From Acidobacteriota bacterium (lineage in GTDB: Bacteria; Acidobacteriota; Thermoanaerobaculia; Gp7-AA8), in NCBI GenBank assembly GCA_019244185.1, contig JAFATB010000014.1, positions 288,001-352,000 of the forward strand: a DNA stretch of 64,000 nucleotides, in the 5' to 3' direction. Below are positions 38,225-47,466 of the stretch, piece by piece. Position numbers and translations under genes: made by a program. The notes below the pieces were generated by a model that did not search any database, was not told the origin of the DNA, and worked only from the letters and a program-made list of their open reading frames with translations. Every line of letters starts with the position of its first letter. The stretch's first letter is position 1.

Positions 38225-38497
38225 GCGCCGCGCACGCGCGGATTCGTTGCCGCGATGCACGATCGATATCCAGCGATATCGACCATCCCCTCCGCGATCG
38301 CATGAATCCGAGGCGACGACGCACGATGGATATGGCCCGACCTTAATCGCGCTCGCCGCGATCGCATGAATGCGTGCGTCGAACGCGCGAGGGATATGAG
38401 GTGATATCCGTCATGGCTTCTGTGATCGGGTGAACGTGTGCGGCGCACGCACGATTGATGTGGGGTGATATCGATCGCGGTCGCAGCGATCGCGCGC
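38225..38497. repeat. Degenerate 64-bp tandem array, about 4.3 units, non-coding
   Basis: Units start at 38257, 38321, 38385, 38449 (exact 64 spacing), sharing GCRCGA-NN-GATRT and C-N-GYGATCG. Confidence 0.85.
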
Positions 38498-39049
38498 TCA
38501 CGACGCCACCGCGTGCTGCTCGATGACTGTGGTCAGCGAATGGCCGTTGATGTCGAGATAGACGTGACGCTCGGTCACGGACAGCGACAGCTTCACCCGC
38601 CGCTCGAATCGCTCCGCCACCTCTTTGATGAATCCGGCGCCGAACGTGTAGATCGCGATCTCCTCGGCGCGGTGGATGCGCTTGCCCTCCAGTTGCCCGA
38701 GGAGGATGCGGACGTCGCGGTGGCAATAGACGGCGACGTGTGGCGCGAGCTTGCTCGCGCGGTGCAGGCGCGAGGCGTCGGGTACGCCGACCTCGATCCA
38801 CGCCGTGAGGCGGCCGGTGAGGTCGCGCGCCACGATGGCCGGTTCGTCGGTGTCGGACAGGCCGGCGGCGCTCATTTCGATGCCGTCCGTGTATTCGAGG
38901 CAGTAGGCGAGGAGGCGCGTGGCCATGTACTCCATCGCCTCGGATGGATGCAGCGCCAGGCGCAACTCGAATGACTCGTAGACGCCGCGGTCGACGTCGC
39001 TGAGCTCGACCGACGCGTTGTAGATCGTCGAAGTCAGCGCCATCGTCAC
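38498..39049 (-). CDS. yaeQ: YaeQ family protein
   Basis: MALTSTIY, DVDRGVY, ALHPSE, RLLAY, DEPAI, WIEVG. Confidence 0.92.
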   Translation of the reverse strand: MTMALTSTIYNASVELSDVDRGVYESFELRLALHPSEAMEYMATRLLAYCLEYTDGIEMSAAGLSDTDEPAIVARDLTGRLTAWIEVGVPDASRLHRASKLAPHVAVYCHRDVRILLGQLEGKRIHRAEEIAIYTFGAGFIKEVAERFERRVKLSLSVTERHVYLDINGHSLTTVIEQHAVAS

Positions 39050-39441
39050 TCCGGCCGCAGGCGCACGAGCTTCTCGAACAGATGGTCGAGCGCGGTTTGC
39101 GGCTCCTCGTGCACGCCCGAGTGAACGTCCGACGTCTGGATGATCGTGCTGCGCGGCGCGACGAGCCAGTGAAAACGTGCGCGCTGCGGCAATGCGCCGA
39201 TCGAGCCCGCCTCGCCGCCGCCCGCGCAGATCTTCGGAATCGCGTCGAGGTAGCTCTCGACGAGCGGCAGGTCGGCCGACGGCGCGAGGGCGCGCAGCCG
39301 CTGCCGATCGAGCTCGATGCGGCAGTCGAGAAAGGCGCGCGTCGAGCAGAAGACGATCACGCCCGCGTTCACGAACTCGCCTCGCTCCACGCGCGGGACG
39401 ACGCGGATCACCGCGTAGTCAAACGCGAAGCGTTCGCGCAC
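39046..39441 (-). CDS. DUF3037 domain protein
   Basis: YAVIRVVPRVERGEFVNAG, RFHWLVAPRSTIIQTS, HSG. Confidence 0.9.
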   Translation of the reverse strand: MRERFAFDYAVIRVVPRVERGEFVNAGVIVFCSTRAFLDCRIELDRQRLRALAPSADLPLVESYLDAIPKICAGGGEAGSIGALPQRARFHWLVAPRSTIIQTSDVHSGVHEEPQTALDHLFEKLVRLRPE

Positions 39442-40186
39442 GCACGGCCTCCTCCACCCACTCGCGCGGCGTCTCGAGGCGCTGCAGCAGGTACTCGCGA
39501 TAGACGTCGCGGCTCGGTCCCTCCTCCAGCCACGCGTCGGGAATCAGCGCCAGCACGCCGTCGATCGCCTCCGCGGTCAGCCGCGGCGCGAGCTGCGCAT
39601 CGGCGGCGCGCAGGTCGTCGGCCCACGGCAGCAGGACGTGATCGCGGATCGCCGCGAACGGCGTGCGGCTGCGCTCGCGATAGCTCTCCCACTGGTGGTG
39701 AAAAATCAGCGTCGCGCCGTGATCGATCATCCAGACCTTGCGGTGCCAGACGAGGAGATTCGTGTTCTTCGCCGTCCGGTCGACGTTGGTCACCAGCGCG
39801 TCGAACCAGACGATGGCCGAGGCGAGCGCGCGCTGCGCGTCGATGGCCAGATCGACGATCGGGTCGAAGGTGATCGAGCCGGGGAGGTAGTCGAGCGCGA
39901 GATTGAGGCCGGCGCTCTTCTGCAGCAGCTCCTGGATCTCGGGATCGGGCTCGGTCTTGGCCATGCGCGGATCGAGCTCGGCGAAGACGATCTCCGGCAC
40001 GGGCAGGCCGAGGATGCGGGCCAGCTCGCCGGAGACCAGCTCGGCGATGAGCGCGCGGATGCCCTGGCCCGCGCCGCGGAACTTGAGCACGTACGTGCCG
40101 TCGTCGTCGCCGGCCACGATGGCCGGCAGCGAGCCGCCTTCGCGCAGCGGCATGACGTATTCCGTCGGGATGATGGTGCGCAGCAT
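39419..40186 (-). CDS. HipA-like kinase (DUF3037-associated)
   Basis: PLREGGSLP, YVLKFRGAGQG, NVDRTAKNTNLL, IDHG. Confidence 0.88.
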   Translation of the reverse strand: MLRTIIPTEYVMPLREGGSLPAIVAGDDDGTYVLKFRGAGQGIRALIAELVSGELARILGLPVPEIVFAELDPRMAKTEPDPEIQELLQKSAGLNLALDYLPGSITFDPIVDLAIDAQRALASAIVWFDALVTNVDRTAKNTNLLVWHRKVWMIDHGATLIFHHQWESYRERSRTPFAAIRDHVLLPWADDLRAADAQLAPRLTAEAIDGVLALIPDAWLEEGPSRDVYREYLLQRLETPREWVEEAVRARTLRV

Positions 40187-40230
40187 GCGAGGGGAGATGA
40201 TACGCGGCGCGTCGCGTCGTGCGCGCCGCG

Positions 40231-41616
40231 TCAATCGACGCGCACGCGCCGCTGCACGCCGTTGCGCGTGCGCTTGTTCACCTCGCGCACCTCGATGCGG
40301 TGGACGCCGGCGGGGAGGTCGAGGGTGAACGTGCGGGGCTCGCGGATCTCGCCTTCGGCGGTGAGCGCGTCGTCGGCGTAGACCTCGACGTACGGCGGGA
40401 CTTCGTCGCTCTGCACGGTGTCGATGCGGATGGCGATCGGGGCTTCGTCGGCGTAGACGTCGGCGAAGGCGGAGTTGCAGACTTCGTTCGTGCCGCAGCC
40501 GCCGGTCCAGACGCGCGGTTGTGCGGCGAGCGCGACGAGCTGTTCGTGGACGCGTTTCGCCGCGTCGGTGTCCTCGCGGCGCACGGCGAGCTCCTCGGTC
40601 ACGGCGAGCACGGGCAGCGTGACGGCGACCGCAGCGGCGCGTTCCAGCGCCGCGTTTGCGTCGGCCTCGTTGCCGTGTGCGGCCTGGTAGCGCGCGCGAT
40701 CGAGCAGGTACGGCACCCATTCCGGCGCGCCGGCGACGCCCGCGGCGAGCTCGATGCGCGCGGCGGCGTCGGGCCGGCCGAGGGCGAGCGCGATGCGCGC
40801 GCGGAGCGGATCGTAGATGACGCGTTCGGCGTCGATGAGCGGCTCGAAGCCGGTGAGCGGCCCGAGGTGATGGCGCACCGCGTAGTCGGCCACTTCGCTC
40901 GCGCGCCCTTCGACGTGATTCGGCATGAACGGACGCCGCGCGACTTCCTCGATGATGCGGCGCACGAGCGGCTCGTCGCCCGCGTCGAGCGGCGGAAACA
41001 CGAAGTCGACGAGATCGGGCGCGCTGAGGCCGGCCTGCGTCGCCTCGAAACGCTGCAGGCGTTCGCGGCGAATGTCCTCGCGCAGCTCGCGATAGTCGGC
41101 GAAGCGGCCGTTGACCACGGCGAGCTCGCGCAGGTTCACGAGCGCGGACGCGGTGTGCGGCGCGACGCGGCGCAGGTACGTGAGGTCGTGCGTCAGCTCC
41201 CAGAGCGGCCGGGCGAGCGAGTCGAAGATCTCCTGATCGTGCAGCAGCGGCGCGGCCTCGTCGAGCACGAGCTTCCGATCGGACGCGCCGAGCTCGTACC
41301 AGTGGAAGAGCCCCGCGCGCACGAACGACGCGGCGCTGTTCGGGCGGCGCGGCGCGAGGTACTTCGCCGCGTCGTGCGCCCAGTGCCAAAGCTCGATGCG
41401 GCGCGGCAGCGTGGTGTCGAGCGCGGCGTCGGAGATCTCTCCGGCGACGAGCCAGTCGGCCGGATGCGCGGCGAGCCATCGCGCCATCGCCGTCACGTCG
41501 TCGTGCGGCGGAGGCGCATCGCGCAGTACGTCGCGATGCGTCAGCAGCAGCGCGAGCGTCACCGCCATCGTCGCCGCGGTGATCGCGAGAAACGCCTGCC
41601 GCCGCTCGCGCGTCAC
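40231..41616 (-). CDS. Hypothetical membrane-anchored helical-repeat protein with C-terminal beta domain
   Basis: GTG overlaps the GT4 stop; N-terminal TM; TPR-like helices; C-terminal GGCGTNEVC...HRIEV. Confidence 0.7.
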   Translation of the reverse strand: MTRERRQAFLAITAATMAVTLALLLTHRDVLRDAPPPHDDVTAMARWLAAHPADWLVAGEISDAALDTTLPRRIELWHWAHDAAKYLAPRRPNSAASFVRAGLFHWYELGASDRKLVLDEAAPLLHDQEIFDSLARPLWELTHDLTYLRRVAPHTASALVNLRELAVVNGRFADYRELREDIRRERLQRFEATQAGLSAPDLVDFVFPPLDAGDEPLVRRIIEEVARRPFMPNHVEGRASEVADYAVRHHLGPLTGFEPLIDAERVIYDPLRARIALALGRPDAAARIELAAGVAGAPEWVPYLLDRARYQAAHGNEADANAALERAAAVAVTLPVLAVTEELAVRREDTDAAKRVHEQLVALAAQPRVWTGGCGTNEVCNSAFADVYADEAPIAIRIDTVQSDEVPPYVEVYADDALTAEGEIREPRTFTLDLPAGVHRIEVREVNKRTRNGVQRRVRVD

Positions 41617-42716
41617 GCCACCGCCTCCAGCACGCGCTCCCACGCCGCGAACGCGTGCTCCGGCGCGAAGCGCGCGAGATAGAGCTCGCGTCCGCGCCGT
41701 CCCATCTCCGCCGCCGCCTCAGGATCGGCGGCGAGCGTGCGGATCGCGCGCGCGAGTCCTTCCGCATCACCCGGCGCGACGACGAAACCGCAGCGATGCG
41801 CGTCGATGATCCGCGCCAGCTCGCCGTCGCGCGCGCCGATGAAGAGCACCGGCCGTGCGACCGCGAGAATGCCGTAGAACTTGCTCGGGACGATCAGCCC
41901 TTCGAGCGACGGCTGCAGCGAGACGAGGTGCGCGTCGACGGACGAGAGGCTCGCGCTGAGCTCTTCGCGCGGAGCGTAACCGCGGAACGTGACATTCGCG
42001 CCCGCGGCGCGTTTCACCGCATCGAGCTGCGCGCCGCCGCCGGTGAAGACGAACTGCACGTCCGGCAGCATGCGCGCGGCGGCGAGCATCGTGTCGAACT
42101 CGTGCGCGCGCCCGAGGTTGCCGGAGTAGCCGACGGAGAAGCGCGCGTCGTCGTGTACGATCGGCGCGAGCGCGGCGTCGGCCCAGTTGTGAATCACGAC
42201 CGCGTTCGGCACGCGCGCGGCCATGAGATCGCCGAGGACGACGTTCGTGCGCGCGCGGCGCAGCGACCAGTCGCGCAGCCGGCGCAACACGCGCGGCGCG
42301 CGGATGCCGAGCGCTTCCGCGACTTCGGGGAAGAGATCCTGCACCCAGTTGACGACGCGGCGTCCGGCCAGTGCGGCCACGACGGACAGCAGCGGCGGAT
42401 CGGTCATGGCGATGATGATCGCATCCCGCGAGCGCAACATCGCAAAGAACGCGCTCGCGTAAAACGTCAGGTAATCGAGCGCGCGTCCCGCCAGCCCGCC
42501 GCGTCCGAAGCGCGTCGACCAGACGCGCACGATGCGCACGCCCTGCACGCTTTCCCGCGAGGCGAGCCCCGCGCGCGCGTCGTCGTAGCGCTGCCGGCTC
42601 GTGACGGCCGTGACCTCGTGTCCGCGCGCCGCGAGATGAAACGCGAGATCGGACGCGATCTGACTTGTTGCAGAATGGTCGGGATGGAAGTAGCGATTCA
42701 CCAAGAGCACGCGCAC
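41613..42716 (-). CDS. Glycosyltransferase family 4 (WbuB/WcaI-like)
   Basis: NRYFHPD, QDLFPE, YSGNLG, VPSKFY. Confidence 0.92.
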   Translation of the reverse strand: MRVLLVNRYFHPDHSATSQIASDLAFHLAARGHEVTAVTSRQRYDDARAGLASRESVQGVRIVRVWSTRFGRGGLAGRALDYLTFYASAFFAMLRSRDAIIIAMTDPPLLSVVAALAGRRVVNWVQDLFPEVAEALGIRAPRVLRRLRDWSLRRARTNVVLGDLMAARVPNAVVIHNWADAALAPIVHDDARFSVGYSGNLGRAHEFDTMLAAARMLPDVQFVFTGGGAQLDAVKRAAGANVTFRGYAPREELSASLSSVDAHLVSLQPSLEGLIVPSKFYGILAVARPVLFIGARDGELARIIDAHRCGFVVAPGDAEGLARAIRTLAADPEAAAEMGRRGRELYLARFAPEHAFAAWERVLEAVA

Positions 42717-42718
42717 GC

Positions 42719-44461
42719 ATGATCATTTTAGGCATCAACGCCCACCACGCCGATGCCTCCGCCGCGATCGTCGTCGACGGCAAGCTCGTCGCCGCCGCCG
42801 AAGAGGAACGCTTCCGCCGCCTCAAACACTGGGCCGGCTTCCCGAGCGCCGCGATCGAATACTGCCTGGCCGAGGCCGGCGTGGGGATCAACGACGTCGA
42901 CCACATCGCCGTCAACCGCGACCCGAACGCGCGCCTCATCCAGCGCGCGAAGTTCCTCGTGAAGAACCGCCCGTCCCTCGGCGCGGTGAAGCGGCGGCTC
43001 GAGAACCGCGCGAAGATCCGCGATCTCAAAACGGAGCTCGTCGAAACGTTCCGGCTCGACTCCTTGAAGCCCGCCCTGCATCATGTCGAGCACCACCGCG
43101 CGCACCTCGCGTCGTCGTTCTTCGTCGCGCCGTTCGAGGAAGCGGCGGTGCTGTCGATCGACGGCTTCGGCGATTTCGTGAGCTCGATGTGGGGCGTCGC
43201 GCGCGGCAATCACATCGAGGTCCTCGGCGAGATCGGCTTCCCGCACTCGCTCGGCATCTTCTACACAGCGATGACGCAGTACCTCGGCTTCCCGCACTAC
43301 GGCGACGAGTACAAGGTCATGGGCCTCGCGCCGTACGGGCAGCCGTCGTTTCTGAAGGAGATGCGCGACATCGTGCACGTCGAGAACGGCCGCTTCGCGC
43401 TGAACCTCGACTACTTCACGCATCACACCGCGGGCCTGGACATGACGTGGCAGGGCGGCTCGCCGACGATCGGCCCCGTGTTCTCGGAGAAGCTCGTCGA
43501 GCTGCTCGGCCCCGTGCGCGATCCGCGCGATCCGATGGAGCAGCGCCACAAGGATCTCGCCGCGTCGATGCAGGCGATGTTCGAGGAGGCGTACTTCGCG
43601 CTCGCGAATGCGCTGCACGCGAAAACAAAGCTCTCCGCGCTCTGCCTCGCCGGCGGCTGCGGCTACAACAGCGTCGCGAACGGGCTCGTGTTCGATCGCT
43701 CGCCGTATCGCGATCTCTACATCCAGGCGGCGGCGGGCGATGCGGGCGGCGCGATCGGCGCGGCGTACTGGGTCTGGAACGAGACGCTGCATCAGCCGCG
43801 CGGCTTCGTGATGGATCACGCGTACTGGGGTCCGCAATACGACGACGACGCGGTCGACCGCGCGGTCGCGGCGCGCAAGGCGGATCTCGACGAGGCGCAC
43901 TGCACGATCGAGCGCGTGCACGACGAGCGCGCGCTCTGCGCGCGGACGGCGGCGCAAGTCGCCGAGGGGAACGTCGTGGGCTGGTTCCAGGGGCGGATGG
44001 AGTGGGGGCCGCGCGCGCTCGGCAACCGCTCGATCGTCTGCGATCCGCGCCGCGCGAACATGAAGGACATCCTCAACCAGAAGATCAAGCGGCGTGAGTC
44101 GTTCCGTCCGTTCGCGCCGTCGATCCTGCGCGACGCCGTGGGCGATTGGTTCGAGACCGACTACGACGTGCCGTTCATGCTGCAGGTCTACCAGATCCGC
44201 GAGGAAAAGCGCGCGCAGATTCCGGCAGTGACGCACGTGAACGGCTCGGGGCGGCTGCAGTCGGTGACGGAGGCGCAGAATCCGCGCTACTACCATCTCA
44301 TCGAGGCGTTCCGCGACGCGACCGGGATTCCGATCGTGCTCAACACGTCGTTCAACGAGAACGAGCCGGTCGTGAACAATCCGGCCGAAGCGCTCGACTG
44401 TTTTCTGCGCACGAAAATGGATCTGCTCGTGATGGGCGATCTGATGATCCAGCGGGTCTGA
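42719..44461 (+). CDS. Carbamoyltransferase (NodU/CmcH family)
   Basis: EEERF, HHRAH, DGFGD, EYKVMGLAPYG, EWGPRALGNRS, RPFAP, NTSFN. Confidence 0.95.
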   Translation: MIILGINAHHADASAAIVVDGKLVAAAEEERFRRLKHWAGFPSAAIEYCLAEAGVGINDVDHIAVNRDPNARLIQRAKFLVKNRPSLGAVKRRLENRAKIRDLKTELVETFRLDSLKPALHHVEHHRAHLASSFFVAPFEEAAVLSIDGFGDFVSSMWGVARGNHIEVLGEIGFPHSLGIFYTAMTQYLGFPHYGDEYKVMGLAPYGQPSFLKEMRDIVHVENGRFALNLDYFTHHTAGLDMTWQGGSPTIGPVFSEKLVELLGPVRDPRDPMEQRHKDLAASMQAMFEEAYFALANALHAKTKLSALCLAGGCGYNSVANGLVFDRSPYRDLYIQAAAGDAGGAIGAAYWVWNETLHQPRGFVMDHAYWGPQYDDDAVDRAVAARKADLDEAHCTIERVHDERALCARTAAQVAEGNVVGWFQGRMEWGPRALGNRSIVCDPRRANMKDILNQKIKRRESFRPFAPSILRDAVGDWFETDYDVPFMLQVYQIREEKRAQIPAVTHVNGSGRLQSVTEAQNPRYYHLIEAFRDATGIPIVLNTSFNENEPVVNNPAEALDCFLRTKMDLLVMGDLMIQRV

Positions 44462-44475
44462 TGAAGCGGCACTGA

Positions 44476-45639
44476 ATGAAGCGCGTCTGGATTGCGGCAG
44501 CCGCATACGCGGCGGTGCTTCTCGCACTGGGCGCTTTGCATTACTGGCGCGCGCCGCTCGGTTTCGACGAGGCGCATTTCTACGCGCCCGCGGTCGACTA
44601 CTTCGCTGCGCGCCTTCCCCACGTGCCGCTCGACTATCCGATGCCGATGCCGCCCCTCGGATTGCTGATTCAGGGCTCGCTGGCGCGGCTCGGCGCGAGC
44701 GTGGCGATGCTGCGCGCGCTGACCACGCTCGCCGCGGTCGGCATCGTCTGCGTCACGGCGGCGCTGCTCGCGGAGCGCGACTCGTGGCGCGCGGCGCTGC
44801 TGGTGGTGATGAGCGGCTGCTATCCGCCGCTGCTGGCGAACGCGTTTTCACTGAAGCACCACGAGATCGCGATCGTGCTCATGGCCGTCGCATATCTCTG
44901 TGCGCAGCGCGGGCGGCGGTGGACGGCGGTGCTGATCCTCGCCGCCGCGGCGATCATTCATCAGGCCGCGGCGGCGATGGCGATCGCGCTGGCGCTGCGC
45001 GCGCTGCTGCGCCGCATGCCGCGCGAGATGGTGCTGTACGGACTGTCGCTCGTGCCGCTCGCCGCGCTCGTGCTGTACTGGCGCGGCGCGGTGCCGCCGG
45101 CGTTCACGGCCGCGGCGATCGGGCGTCCCGTGCAGGGATTGAATCCGCGCGCGCCCCTTGGCCTCCTGGTCATGGCCGGCGTCTGGATCGTGCCGCTGCT
45201 GCGGGTCCCGTGGAAGCGCGCGCTGACGACGACGGCGATCGCGGTACCGTTCACCGCGGTCTGGACGTATGCGACGCGGCTCATGGATCGCACGGCGACG
45301 ATCAACGACTATCTGGCCGGTCCGGTCGCGACGCTCATCGCGGCGTCGCATTCGTATGCGTTTGCCATCGCGGCCGCCGCGCTCCTGGCCGCGTTTGGCG
45401 CGACGCTCTTCACGACGCCGCGCAACGACGAGATCGACGAGCTGCGCGTCTGGACGGTCGCCGCGGCCGGACCGGTCGTGGCGATGTCGGTGACCTACGA
45501 GCTCTACTTCGCGCCGTTCGTCACGATCGCGTGGCTCATCCTGCGCCGGAGCATCGTCGCGTCGCGTTCGCGGATGATGGTTGCGTACGAGCTGCTCGTC
45601 ATCGCCGCCGCGTTCGCGTTCCTCATCGCGAAGGCCTGA
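44476..45639 (+). CDS. Polytopic membrane protein, possible GT-C glycosyltransferase
   Basis: FDE motif after TM1, PP motif, about 10 TMs. Confidence 0.6.
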   Translation: MKRVWIAAAAYAAVLLALGALHYWRAPLGFDEAHFYAPAVDYFAARLPHVPLDYPMPMPPLGLLIQGSLARLGASVAMLRALTTLAAVGIVCVTAALLAERDSWRAALLVVMSGCYPPLLANAFSLKHHEIAIVLMAVAYLCAQRGRRWTAVLILAAAAIIHQAAAAMAIALALRALLRRMPREMVLYGLSLVPLAALVLYWRGAVPPAFTAAAIGRPVQGLNPRAPLGLLVMAGVWIVPLLRVPWKRALTTTAIAVPFTAVWTYATRLMDRTATINDYLAGPVATLIAASHSYAFAIAAAALLAAFGATLFTTPRNDEIDELRVWTVAAAGPVVAMSVTYELYFAPFVTIAWLILRRSIVASRSRMMVAYELLVIAAAFAFLIAKA

Positions 45640-46375
45640 GCAGTTCCCACGACAGCATCAGCTCCGCGAGGAAGCGCTCGAGCGTGTAGCGCAGGCCGAC
45701 CGCGCCGTCGCGGATCACGCCGCGCACGAAGAGCGTGTGCAGCACGACGGCGAAGGGCGCGACGACGATCAGCTTGCGCACGCGCGCAGCGGCGTTGAGC
45801 GTCTTCGGATCGGCGGTGCGCAACTTCTCCGCTTCCTGGCGCATGTAGCGACGCTGCCGTTGGAGGAAGCGGCGGAAGTCTTTGCGGTCGTCGTGAATGA
45901 TGCGTCCGCGGAGATGGCCCGGTTCCGCGTCGGGCGTGAATCGCGGCGTGTGGCCATCCTGCCAGACGCGCACGTGGTCGCGGTGAAAGAGCACGATGCG
46001 CGGCGGATACAGCGACGCGCGCAGCGGCTTGCCGCCAATCGCGTACGTGAAGCCGATGATGTACGCGTCGCGGTCCGGCGCGAGCGCGCGCAGCTCGTCC
46101 ACGAGCTCCGGCGTCACGAAGTAGTCGGCGTCGAGCAGCAGCATCCACGGCGTGCGCGCGGCGGCGATGCCGTGGTTCGACTGTCCGGCGATCGAGTCGA
46201 TCGCGCGCGAGAGCACGCGGACGTTGGGAAAGCTGCGCGCGATCTCCACGGTGCGATCGGTGGAGAGGCTGTCGACGACGATCACCTCGGCCGCCCACGT
46301 CAGCTGGCCGAGCGTGCGGGCGATGTTCGCCTCCTCGTCGCGCGTCAGGACGACCGGTGTGATCTGATCGAGCAC
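45623..46375 (-). CDS. Glycosyltransferase family 2
   Basis: VLTRDEEANI, VVDSLSTDRT, LDAD. Confidence 0.9.
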   Translation of the reverse strand: MLDQITPVVLTRDEEANIARTLGQLTWAAEVIVVDSLSTDRTVEIARSFPNVRVLSRAIDSIAGQSNHGIAAARTPWMLLLDADYFVTPELVDELRALAPDRDAYIIGFTYAIGGKPLRASLYPPRIVLFHRDHVRVWQDGHTPRFTPDAEPGHLRGRIIHDDRKDFRRFLQRQRRYMRQEAEKLRTADPKTLNAAARVRKLIVVAPFAVVLHTLFVRGVIRDGAVGLRYTLERFLAELMLSWELLRPSR

Positions 46376-47451
46376 GAATACGCCTCTTCCATCTGCTGCG
46401 CCACGCGTTCCCACGTGAAGCGCGATTCCACGAGCGTGCGGCCGTTGCGTCCCATCTGCGCGCGACGCGCGCCGTCCGCGAGCAACTCTCCGACGCGTTC
46501 CAGTCCGACGACGCCGGCATCCGCGCGCACGACGTCATCCGCGAGACCGACTTCGGACGAGAGCACGACCGGCGTCTCCATCGCCAGCGCTTCCAGCACC
46601 GCGTTGCCGAAATTCTCCGAGCGCGACGGCAGCACGAAGAGCGCCGCGCGCGCGAGCAGCTCGTCTTTCGCCGCGCCGTAGACCGCCCCCGGAAACGTCA
46701 CGCGCGCGGCGACGCCGCGTTGCTGCGCGAGCGCCTGCAGCTTCGGCGTCAGCTGTTCCTCATCGTTGCCGGCGATGACGAGGTGCGCGTCCGGCGGCAG
46801 CGCCTCGATGGCGCGGTCGAGTCCTTTCTTCCAGTTGATGCGGCCGAGAAAGAGCAGCATGCGCTCGTCGCGCGCGACGTCGGGACGCGGCGGGACGTCG
46901 ACGCCGTTCGGCACCACGAAAGGCGACGGCAGCGGCACGCCGGTGCGTTTCGCGTCGTCCCATTCGAGCCGCGAGGTGAAGTGGATCGCGGCGGCGCCGG
47001 CGAGGGCGCGGCGTTCGACGAGGCGCAGCCAGAGCGTTTTCGCGGCCCGGCTCTTCGCGCGGATCAGCTCCGGCACGAGCATGCCGCGCGGCGTGATGAC
47101 GTACGGTACGCGATGCCGCCGCGCGCGCCGCGCCGCGGCGACGCCCGGCCAGAGATAGACGGCGTGGCTGTGCACGAGGTCGGCGTTCGGCACTTCCGTC
47201 TCGAGGGCGCGCCGCATCTCCGGAGACCAGTAGAGGCGGGGAAACGGCGAGGCGCAGTAGCGGACCTCGACGCCGTCCATCGTGACGGAAGGCGGGACGT
47301 CCAGCGTGCCGTCGCCGTCGACGCTGGTGGTCAACACCTTGACTTCATGGCCGCGCGCCGCGAGGGCCTTGCAGAGTCCGTGGACGGCCACGATCGGGCC
47401 GCCGTAGCGGCGCGCCGGGAGATACGTCGGGACGACGTGGAGCAGCCTCAC
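46345..47451 (-). CDS. Glycosyltransferase family 4
   Basis: YGGP, FLGRINWKKG, SENFGNAVLEA. Confidence 0.92.
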   Translation of the reverse strand: MRLLHVVPTYLPARRYGGPIVAVHGLCKALAARGHEVKVLTTSVDGDGTLDVPPSVTMDGVEVRYCASPFPRLYWSPEMRRALETEVPNADLVHSHAVYLWPGVAAARRARRHRVPYVITPRGMLVPELIRAKSRAAKTLWLRLVERRALAGAAAIHFTSRLEWDDAKRTGVPLPSPFVVPNGVDVPPRPDVARDERMLLFLGRINWKKGLDRAIEALPPDAHLVIAGNDEEQLTPKLQALAQQRGVAARVTFPGAVYGAAKDELLARAALFVLPSRSENFGNAVLEALAMETPVVLSSEVGLADDVVRADAGVVGLERVGELLADGARRAQMGRNGRTLVESRFTWERVAQQMEEAYSCSIRSHRSS

Positions 47452-47466
47452 GCGGGCGCTACGGTG

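Noticed and set aside
38202-38324. N-terminal extension of the orphan ORF into the array (ORF-track start 38324)
   Set aside because: The extension is non-protein-like, the 64-bp period breaks frame, and a -10 box sits 6 nt before the ATG at 38201
38225-38497. CRISPR array interpretation of the 64-bp repeats
   Set aside because: No identical direct repeats, the variable parts are partly homologous between units, and there are no cas genes in the window
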